Sequence record: OR805294.1
Length of the DNA stretch: 64,000 bases
Direction: 5' to 3' (one strand)
Shown here: piece after piece, positions 55,280 through 63,161 of the stretch
How the letters are laid out: each line of letters starts with the position of its first letter
Numbering within the stretch: position 1 is the stretch's first letter
The notes under the pieces: model-generated
Told to the model about the DNA's origin: nothing
The model's database searches: none
What the model saw: the letters and a program-made list of their open reading frames with translations, nothing else
Translations under genes and position numbers: made by a program

Positions 55280-56028
55280 TTGCGTAAGAAATGTATATAC
55301 GATAGTGCTATATGTATATACAGACAAGTGGCTCTGTTCCGTTATTGGATATTGATAGTAGAAACTATCCCCATCGTGCTGTTATTGTAGTTCCGATAGT
55401 GTCGGGTTAACGTTTTAACAGTTATTTAAATTATGATTTTGGGTGCCACAGAGATTGTACTTACTAAAAGGACTTAGTAAGAACCGCATATAATCTCGAA
55501 ACTTGGGTAGGATGTTGGTCTAACCACGGCATAGAATATATGCCTCAACTACTACACGGAAAGGATGATGCTCTGGTTGAAACAGAGTTTCTATAAATCT
55601 TTCAGTATAGATTCCGTATGGCTGAAAGTTGAAACACCAACATCAATAGACTATAGTTTTTGTTAGTGTGGCTATAGTTTATTCCGGCATTGAAAGTATA
55701 TACAGTGATGCGAGACAGTAAGCATTAGTAGCAACTGTATATATGAGTAAGAGGATGCGTTTACAATGAGGAATTACCTATCGGTGCCCGCCTCGGGGAT
55801 TGCACTTCCCAACGTACACTAAACTTCGTACCATACCGAAACATACGTTTCTGTTATTACGATTTCCTTCCCAAACGGGGAGGAAATCTTCTCCGCCCGA
55901 ATATCATAAGATCAAAAGCATTAATAATTAATACATAAAATTCATTTAATTAGTTATTAAGTATATGAGTTGTAGTTTACGAAAACGAATATACTTAATA
56001 ACTACCAGTGAAGCTTGCTTCGCTGTTT
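55280..56028 (+). ncRNA. Candidate large, highly structured non-coding RNA (about 630-750 nt; 3' end uncertain)
   Basis: No ORF of 60 aa or more on either strand. GC is elevated relative to the flanks. At least 12 hairpins plus nested long-range helices (55431-55445/55894-55909; 55504-55510/55774-55780; 55511-55519/55636-55644). A promoter lies upstream. Confidence 0.7.
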
Positions 56029-56029
56029 A

Positions 56030-56940
56030 AAATTGCAATTTGTATTTTCAATTTTATATTTCGAAATGTGTTTTTGAAAATCAATCTATAAAATATAATT
56101 TTAAATATTATTTTTAAATGTCATTTTGTGATTTTAATTTAAAATACTATTTCATAATTTAAAATGGAAATATATTAAACAATATCATTTTGTGATTTTA
56201 ATTTAAACAATTCCATATAAAACTATTTTGTCTATTTCTTTTATAATCTTAAAGTCATTAAAAACCCTACGTTTGTAGGGTTTTTATTTGATTATATTGT
56301 ATTCGGTTCAAGACATTTAGATTATTATAATTAATAATATCTGTATGATAATTTTATTTTATAGAAATACATTTACTAATTACATTTATCAATGAATGGT
56401 TATTTTCTTTATATTTAATGCGTCTCAGGGTATATAGCAAATATGATAAATCAAGACACATAATATATTGTGTCTATATTTTTAATTTCATTAATCTACA
56501 TAATTGTTTATTAATGTATACAGTTATATACGTTATGTTGTAATAACAAACTAAATTATATAGAAAATACACATTAAATTCTGTTTTGTGTCAAATCGAC
56601 ATTACATATATCATTATGTATTGATACTTGCTGTATATATAAAAATAATTAGTTATTATGTGCTTTAGAAGAATTCCATTATAAATAGTTTTCTGTGTCA
56701 TATTCAAATGATGAAAAACATAATTCTTTCATCTATTTTTATTATATGTTATTCAAGATTTATAATATAATTTTATAATGTTTGCAATTTATGACACAAG
56801 CTATTTTAATAGAATTATACTATTCAAAGTTTTGACTTATTTTGTGTGTAAAACGACAAAAATAGGCATATATAAAAAGCACACCTGTTTCCTGTATGAA
56901 ACAAAATAGTATTTTATTAAAAATAGTGTATAGTAGTAAA
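56030..56940. other. Extremely AT-rich non-coding tract with direct repeats (origin-like)
   Basis: 23-bp direct repeat TCATTTTGTGATTTTAATTTAAA at 56121-56143 and 56185-56207. TGTGTC/GACACA boxes at 56455, 56469, 56587, 56694 and 56793. Confidence 0.45.
56260..56285. terminator. Bidirectional terminator
   Basis: AAAAACCCTAC-gttt-GTAGGGTTTTT. Confidence 0.8.
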
Positions 56941-56967
56941 AAACATCATTAATCATGCACGCAATTT

Positions 56968-57189
56968 ATGGCAAACGTAATTAAAGAACTTCATCCCATT
57001 AAAGGATATTGCATAGTTGTGCGTCATCCGGGCGATACTAGATTTAGCTGGGTATCGCTAGACAATCAATATATTTTGGTAGACAATCCAGTACTTTTAA
57101 ATGATGAATTTGATAATTGTAAAAACGAATGGCCAGATGCTGAAATAAAAATAGTAGAAGTGTATGTTGTCCCGGAGAAGGTGTTATGA
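56968..57189 (+). CDS. Hypothetical protein (tandem paralog A)
   Basis: Aligns with 57186..57404. Confidence 0.65.
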   Translation: MANVIKELHPIKGYCIVVRHPGDTRFSWVSLDNQYILVDNPVLLNDEFDNCKNEWPDAEIKIVEVYVVPEKVL

Positions 57190-57404
57190 ATGCTATATCC
57201 AAAATATCTCCGTCTAAATGTTACACTGTCGTAGTTACAGATAATAATTGGAAATCATGCACGTGGATAAATTATAATGATTCTCCGGTTGTAGAATATG
57301 ATATTTCTAAAATATCATCTATATTGGAATCTTGTAAGAAAAAGTTTGGCGATAGTAATGTAAAAGTAATGGAAATATATTTAGTACCGGAAAACTTTTT
57401 ATGA
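57186..57404 (+). CDS. Hypothetical protein (tandem paralog B)
   Basis: Aligns with 56968..57189. Confidence 0.65.
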   Translation: MNAISKISPSKCYTVVVTDNNWKSCTWINYNDSPVVEYDISKISSILESCKKKFGDSNVKVMEIYLVPENFL

Positions 57405-57610
57405 AAATTCGTTATATATTACTATTAATATTATCAGACTTACAAACACTAGTAAAGGTACAGGCATTTTTATTTGCATTGCTTCCCTGTGTTATTTTAT
57501 TTCTTCCTGCATCGTTCTTTATTACATTAGTTATAACAATTGCTATAGTATGGATAATAAGTTTACTATCTTATTTGCTTATTAATAAACTGATACAAAC
57601 GAGGAGCTAA
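57401..57610 (+). CDS. Small membrane protein
   Basis: Hydrophobic throughout. Confidence 0.55.
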   Translation: MKIRYILLLILSDLQTLVKVQAFLFALLPCVILFLPASFFITLVITIAIVWIISLLSYLLINKLIQTRS

Positions 57611-57612
57611 AA

Positions 57613-57810
57613 ATGGCAGGTCTAAGAAAATGCATTGATGAATTCTGCAAAGGATGTATTTATGATCCTGAGTCTTCCGGCAGTTGGCGACAACAAGTAG
57701 AAAATTGTAGTGCTAAATCATGTGAACTATGGGAAGTTCGACCTGTTTCGGTAGGAACTAAACAAGAAAGAATTATTGCAAAACAAAAAAGTTCACAAGA
57801 ACTTGCGTAA
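57613..57810 (+). CDS. Small Cys-rich (putative Zn-binding) protein
   Basis: CKGCIYDP...NCSAKSCELWEVRP; GAGGAG RBS. Confidence 0.7.
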   Translation: MAGLRKCIDEFCKGCIYDPESSGSWRQQVENCSAKSCELWEVRPVSVGTKQERIIAKQKSSQELA

Positions 57811-57846
57811 GACAGCTAACCAACCTAACTCTAGGTTAACCCTAGG

Positions 57847-57875
57847 TTGACTCATTTGTTGGATAGCACTATACT
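57847..57875 (+). promoter_or_regulatory. sigma70 promoter with an overlapping operator-like AACCTA/TAGGTT array
   Basis: TTGACT-17 bp-TATACT. Upstream sequence: aaccaacctaactctaggttaaccctaggtt. Confidence 0.7.
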
Positions 57876-57914
57876 TGTAGCATGTTTAAAAAAACATAGC
57901 TAGGAGTAGCATTT

Positions 57915-59069
57915 ATGAGTCAGATGTACGTAACTATCACTAACGGAATGTACCGTAACCAGCAAGTAAACGGCACATTCCTTTTACTTGAAGATGTGAA
58001 AGTTACTGGGTCGGGAAAACGAGTTATTAACGTATTAGGTGCATTGCCGGAATGGTCTCAACATAAATGTAGAGTTACACTCGGTAATGACGCAACAGTA
58101 CAATATTCGAACGAACAAGGAGAGGTTTTAGATTTGCCTAATGTTATACGTCCGTTTGTGGGCGAAAATAATAATAATGTTCCTGCATCTAGTCGCGGTA
58201 CAGTGTATGAAGGCACCGCAGTAGAAATTGACTACGAAAAGCAATACCAACAACTAGAATCCGAAAACGATGCAATGAATCGTATCAAACGGACCTTTGA
58301 GATTGTAAATGAACTAACAGAAGCTGCCGCAGCAGGCGAAATCCGTTCTATGATCATCTCCGGTCCTCCCGGAATCGGAAAAAGTTTCGGTGTAGAAGAA
58401 ACACTAAACAGGTGTTTCTTGTTGGATAAAATTAAAGATAATAAAGAACCGTTTGAGATCGTAAAGGGCGCGGCAAGTGCAATTGGTGTTTACCAAAAGC
58501 TTTACGAATTTAAAGATAAAGGTAAAATCCTTATTTTCGATGATTGCGACCGCGTACTATTTGACGAAGATAGTCTAAATCTCCTTAAAGGTGCATTAGA
58601 TACTACTAAGCGTAGAACTATTTACTGGCTTAGTGAGTCCCGTGTTTTAAAAGAAAATGATATTCCACCTAAATTCGATTTCGAAGGTAGTGTAATTTTC
58701 CTTACTAACCTTAACTTCGAGGATACAAAGTCCCGAATCGGAAGGCACCTAGAAGCAATTATGTCCCGGTGTCATTATTTAGACATGGAAATTAGTAGTA
58801 CGAGAGACCAGATCCTTCGTATTAAACAAGTTGTGCGCGACGGGATGCTTAGTAAATATGAATTTAATAACGGAGAAGATGAAGAAATCCTAGAATATAT
58901 TATTGATAATCAGAATGATCTGCGAGAACTTAGCTTGCGTATGGTAATTAAAATTGCCGATCTGATTAAATTCAAAAAAGATGGTTGGCGAGAATATGCA
59001 GAGACAACTGTACTGAAACGGAATGCAAAATTCCGGCGGCTGTATAACGAAAAGTACAGTGATATTTAA
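57915..59069 (+). CDS. AAA+ ATPase of unknown function
   Basis: IISGPPGIGKS (Walker A), LIFDDCD (Walker B), IFLTN, AIMSRC (Arg finger). Confidence 0.85.
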   Translation: MSQMYVTITNGMYRNQQVNGTFLLLEDVKVTGSGKRVINVLGALPEWSQHKCRVTLGNDATVQYSNEQGEVLDLPNVIRPFVGENNNNVPASSRGTVYEGTAVEIDYEKQYQQLESENDAMNRIKRTFEIVNELTEAAAAGEIRSMIISGPPGIGKSFGVEETLNRCFLLDKIKDNKEPFEIVKGAASAIGVYQKLYEFKDKGKILIFDDCDRVLFDEDSLNLLKGALDTTKRRTIYWLSESRVLKENDIPPKFDFEGSVIFLTNLNFEDTKSRIGRHLEAIMSRCHYLDMEISSTRDQILRIKQVVRDGMLSKYEFNNGEDEEILEYIIDNQNDLRELSLRMVIKIADLIKFKKDGWREYAETTVLKRNAKFRRLYNEKYSDI

Positions 59070-59112
59070 TACACAATAAAGTAGCAAGGATGCTACTTTC
59101 CGGAGATACGGT

Positions 59113-59670
59113 ATGAATCATTGTGTTAGGTTTGCTTTTTTAGATAGAAATATAAAAAGTTCTATAACAACGTTTATAGTTATACCTTTAATTCTTACTT
59201 CTGTAATATATTTCCTTTTTTCAGAACAAAATGTGTGGCCAGCGTGTTTTTATTTTGTCACTATGCTTATAATTTTGTTTATTGCAGAACTAGCAGCGTG
59301 TTCATCTGGAAATTTTTTTAATTGTGCTTTAAGTATATTCTCTATTTTTAGAAATATTGGTCACTTTGATACAACTTGGAAAATAACAAATGATGGTTTT
59401 ATTTATTCTTTAAAAGATAACGAAACTATACACATCTTTGTAAATAAAAACGGTGTATATTTACATAATAATGGAAAATTTATTTATGTAGATAATGTTA
59501 AAAATACTAAAATAGATTTATCTAAACTGTCTCACCCGGTATTTATATTAATAACATTTTACCTAAAACATAAACTCAAAGAAGATATGATACTGGCAGA
59601 TTTATACGGATCAGTAAGTTCTAGTGTATTCATGAATGATGAAGATTTTCAAAAATTATACAGACGCTAA
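59113..59670 (+). CDS. Membrane-anchored hypothetical protein
   Basis: Two N-terminal TM segments. Confidence 0.6.
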   Translation: MNHCVRFAFLDRNIKSSITTFIVIPLILTSVIYFLFSEQNVWPACFYFVTMLIILFIAELAACSSGNFFNCALSIFSIFRNIGHFDTTWKITNDGFIYSLKDNETIHIFVNKNGVYLHNNGKFIYVDNVKNTKIDLSKLSHPVFILITFYLKHKLKEDMILADLYGSVSSSVFMNDEDFQKLYRR

Positions 59671-60046
59671 AAAATATCTAAATACGTTTGTTTCTTGTAA
59701 ACCAGAACAAACAGATATGCATAGTGTATTAAATGGATATCAAAATTATTGTATATTCTCGTGTTTAATAGATTCTGCACAAAATTTAATAACAACTAAA
59801 TTTTCTGATACTAATACTAATTCATACGAATGGATTATTTCGTACAAAGAAAATAATAAAAATATAACATATTCTGTTGAAAACAAACCAGACATCCTAA
59901 AGAATAACGGGTTGTCTGTTGCCTTTATTGTATGTAGGGCAAAAATAGTGTATACTAATAAATTAACAGAATTTGGTAAAACTAAATTAAAAGAAAAAAG
60001 AAATATTCTGTTAATAGACAGAGATAAAGAAAAACTAAAAATATAA
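59636..60046 (+). CDS. Hypothetical protein
   Basis: 136-aa ORF in operon. Confidence 0.55.
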   Translation: MMKIFKNYTDAKKYLNTFVSCKPEQTDMHSVLNGYQNYCIFSCLIDSAQNLITTKFSDTNTNSYEWIISYKENNKNITYSVENKPDILKNNGLSVAFIVCRAKIVYTNKLTEFGKTKLKEKRNILLIDRDKEKLKI

Positions 60047-60048
60047 CC

Positions 60049-60915
60049 ATGAATAGCATAATTATAAAAACAAAAAAAGATCTTTTATACGAAACAACAC
60101 TGTCGAATTTAGGATTTATAACAACTACTATACAAGTAGGTGATATAGTAGAGTTCGATAAAATAGAAGAAGAACTTAATTCTAAAGATTTCTTTACTGC
60201 TTATGTACGTACATCTACTCATTTTCAATACGAGATAGCAAAACTTTGTGCTTCGAGATGTAAAATTGTTTTCATAGACATAAATGGTTTTAGATCGGCA
60301 CAAGAATGGGAAGATATTAAAAAAGAATTTCCGTATACTAGATTTATTTTATTAAAAAATAATATGTGGAATTCTAATATTTCTGATTTTAAAAAAATAA
60401 TGCCAGACACAAAGGCAATTAATATAAAATGTCTTAATAAAAACAAATTAAATTCTTTAGATTACTGGAACACAATTAAGGGTTTTTCGTTCGGCGGAAC
60501 AAGCAGAGATATATTGCCTCATTTACTAAGTATATTTGTTTTATTAAATGATGATTTTGCAGAATCTGTAGCAACAGAGACAATATTAAAACGTAATTTG
60601 TCATTATCAGATATAAAAAAATATATACCGGGTCCTGGTTTAATTTATGATGTAGACGATTATTTTAATGTGTCGTATCAATCTAAAATAATATGTAATT
60701 TAGAAGCTGACTGGAAAAGTAATAAAACTGATGTAAAAAATATAGAATTCATTTTAAATGACGATACTAGTAGTTTATTCGATATAGATTATAATGAAGA
60801 ATCATCATACTCTCGGATGATATCTAACTGTGTACAAAATTTAAGTAACGAAGGATTTTGGAGTTATCATTATTTAATAGATGAATGGATACTTAAACAA
60901 ATAGAGAATTTATAA
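60049..60915 (+). CDS. Degenerate Gfo/Idh/MocA-like oxidoreductase
   Basis: AYVRTSTHFQYEIAKLC and FGGTSRDILPHLLS resemble the family. The Rossmann GxGxxG and EKP motifs are absent. Confidence 0.45.
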   Translation: MNSIIIKTKKDLLYETTLSNLGFITTTIQVGDIVEFDKIEEELNSKDFFTAYVRTSTHFQYEIAKLCASRCKIVFIDINGFRSAQEWEDIKKEFPYTRFILLKNNMWNSNISDFKKIMPDTKAINIKCLNKNKLNSLDYWNTIKGFSFGGTSRDILPHLLSIFVLLNDDFAESVATETILKRNLSLSDIKKYIPGPGLIYDVDDYFNVSYQSKIICNLEADWKSNKTDVKNIEFILNDDTSSLFDIDYNEESSYSRMISNCVQNLSNEGFWSYHYLIDEWILKQIENL

Positions 60916-61817
60916 TGAAGGTCCGTTATTTTCATCCCATAAACAATGTATTCGAAGAAACAGTATGGGATAAGCCCGATATAAAAAATACAGAAATTGA
61001 AGTTAAAACAAAATATGTAGGTGTTTCCAATAATGATTTAAATGTAATTTATAACCAAACACCTTATGCTAGTAACAAATATGGTTGTGAAAGTGTAGGT
61101 ATAGTAACAAAAGTTGGATCTAAAATTACCGATGTAAAAGTGGGAGATTTTGTAGCCACAACTACGAATCATTTATATTCAGATTTTTATAATTGTAAAA
61201 CAGAAGAATATGTAAAAATTCCTAAATGTTCTCCTAGATATATTTTAGAACCAATTGCTCGATCATTAAATTTAATAACACAAAATTGGAACAAATTCGT
61301 AGAGTTAAATAGAAACGAAGGTAAAATACTTATTCTAGGATCTGGTTTTGTTGCATCTGTACTGTATACTGTCTTAACAAAAGAACACGATGTTGATCCT
61401 AATAGAATATATGTTGTTGGATCTCATAATAAATCTATCTTTAATAAATCGTTGTATAATACTCTACCGATTCACTTGTATGACATAGTGTTTGATCTGC
61501 AGGGTTTAAACATACCCTTAACAAATAATATATTGAATACGAATTCCTTATTAATAATAGGTGCCGCAGGTAAACCAACTTTAATAGATTTAAATCTATT
61601 AGCACATAAATCTGTTACAATAAATTTCCCTAGTCCCGATAATAATAAATTTTACGAATCATTAAATGATGCATGTAGAATAGTAGAAACTAAAATCTTT
61701 GATCCTAATAAATTTTGGACTAAGGGATATAAAAGAGACACTGAATGGAAAAGTGCATTCAGTACAGGGATTAATCGCCCGAAACATTATAATTATGGTT
61801 ATATTATTTGGAACTAA
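60915..61817 (+). CDS. MDR-superfamily (Zn-alcohol dehydrogenase-like) protein, degenerate
   Basis: EIEVKTKYVGVSNNDL...YGCESVGIVTKVGSKITDVKVGDFV (GroES-like domain), EPIA, ILILGSGFVA, DIVFD. The Zn ligands are substituted. Confidence 0.75.
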   Translation: MKVRYFHPINNVFEETVWDKPDIKNTEIEVKTKYVGVSNNDLNVIYNQTPYASNKYGCESVGIVTKVGSKITDVKVGDFVATTTNHLYSDFYNCKTEEYVKIPKCSPRYILEPIARSLNLITQNWNKFVELNRNEGKILILGSGFVASVLYTVLTKEHDVDPNRIYVVGSHNKSIFNKSLYNTLPIHLYDIVFDLQGLNIPLTNNILNTNSLLIIGAAGKPTLIDLNLLAHKSVTINFPSPDNNKFYESLNDACRIVETKIFDPNKFWTKGYKRDTEWKSAFSTGINRPKHYNYGYIIWN

Positions 61818-61819
61818 CA

Positions 61820-62332
61820 ATGGATAGAAAAGAAGTAATTTATTTTATAGGAACAGAAGTCGAACATACTCCAGTATACGGTGAAAAAACACTTTTTGTT
61901 GCTGGTCCCCAAGCCGGTGACGAAGTAGTAAGTAATGCACTGAAACATAACTGTAAACATATATATTTCGGTGCTAACCAAAGTTTCCCTCTACACAAAA
62001 TAGATATAACAGAAGTAATTAAATGGAAACAAATGATACTGCATTGCTTAAATAAAGGATTTTGGTGTACTTTAGATTTTGATATATGCAATTCTTCTGC
62101 AATTTTAGAAATGGATTTATCTAAGTATGATAAATTTATTCCTATTATAAGTGCAAAAATACCAAATATATCCGAATACAATAAAAACACTATATTAAAG
62201 ATAGATGATATAGGTTTTGATGAAACTAACGAAGGAGTATGGTGTCATAAGTTAAACGATTTAAAAGATAATACCGTACATACTAGCTGGGACAAATATA
62301 CAGGAGATATTTCAATTGACGAAAAAAATTAA
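61820..62332 (+). CDS. Conserved phage hypothetical protein
   Basis: FIGTEVEHTPVYGEKTLFV...HIYFGANQSF...KIDD...GVWCH; ATG 61820 preferred. Confidence 0.7.
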   Translation: MDRKEVIYFIGTEVEHTPVYGEKTLFVAGPQAGDEVVSNALKHNCKHIYFGANQSFPLHKIDITEVIKWKQMILHCLNKGFWCTLDFDICNSSAILEMDLSKYDKFIPIISAKIPNISEYNKNTILKIDDIGFDETNEGVWCHKLNDLKDNTVHTSWDKYTGDISIDEKN

Positions 62333-62621
62333 TTATAGCAAAGTATATGAACCGAAAGGCGCACTATATAGAATTCGTCGCATTTCTGACGGTGCATTTA
62401 GCACAGGGTCTTCCAGTCCGGCGTTTGTAACTTCTGGTCCGGGAAAAGTATTCAATACTTTAGGTAAACTTAGATCTCATCTTACTACTATTCGTAATAA
62501 CCCGGTTTTACAAGACATATACAACGAATGTGAAATTGTTCAGTATGTAGAAGCTGACCAGCCAACATACACTCTAGCTGAACACACAGAATTACTTATA
62601 CTTAAAAAGTTAACACAATAA
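62316..62621 (+). CDS. Hypothetical protein
   Basis: FSTGSSSPAF...GKVFNTLGKLRSHL motif. Confidence 0.65.
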   Translation: MTKKINYSKVYEPKGALYRIRRISDGAFSTGSSSPAFVTSGPGKVFNTLGKLRSHLTTIRNNPVLQDIYNECEIVQYVEADQPTYTLAEHTELLILKKLTQ

Positions 62622-62650
62622 CGCGCTTTACTGCGCGTTAATTTGCGCGT
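62619..62650. repeat. Third, diverged copy of the GCGC/AATTTGCG palindromic element
   Basis: TAACGCGC-tttact-GCGCGTTA-ATTTGCGCGT. Confidence 0.55.
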
Positions 62651-62684
62651 ATGCTGCAAAAACATGTAACACTAGAGCTTATAT

Positions 62685-63161
62685 ATGCTTATGCTTAAAA
62701 AGCTGTATAACGCAATTTATGCGTTCCTTAACGAACTTGCTTATATAAAATATATAAGATTCTATGTCTTCTTTAAATGTGTTCATAAGCATCATGTATC
62801 GGAAATACTTCTGTTAAGTAATCTAGCAGGTACGACTATAGGAGCATATAGATTTGAACGTCTCGGAAGCATGGATTATTGCACTATATCGATTGACATG
62901 CCACTCGACGAGGATTATTTTATTGCCTGTAATACAAAAGGAATTATTTCTGTAGCAAAATGTAATCTCATATCAATGAATTTTTATGATTTTGGTACAC
63001 AATTATCAAACTATTACTTTTTTAAATACGACAATACATCGAATGGTTCGTTTTTTGTGTATCCATCCAAAAATTATTTAGTACATCCAGAAGTAATATC
63101 TTATATAAAGAAATATAATAATGAGAGTTTATATAAAAGAACAACGTATTTGCCGGGGTAA
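62685..63161 (+). CDS. Hypothetical protein
   Basis: 158-aa ORF. Confidence 0.55.
   Translation: MLMLKKLYNAIYAFLNELAYIKYIRFYVFFKCVHKHHVSEILLLSNLAGTTIGAYRFERLGSMDYCTISIDMPLDEDYFIACNTKGIISVAKCNLISMNFYDFGTQLSNYYFFKYDNTSNGSFFVYPSKNYLVHPEVISYIKKYNNESLYKRTTYLPG

Noticed and set aside
55280-55910. tRNA cluster, tmRNA, RNase P RNA or a group I/II intron as the identity of the structured region
   Set aside because: I found no cloverleaf with TTCGA and CCA, no tmRNA termini, no RNase P GAGGAAAGUCC core, and no flanking exons or GUGYG...AY ends. Left as an unclassified ncRNA pending a covariance-model search.
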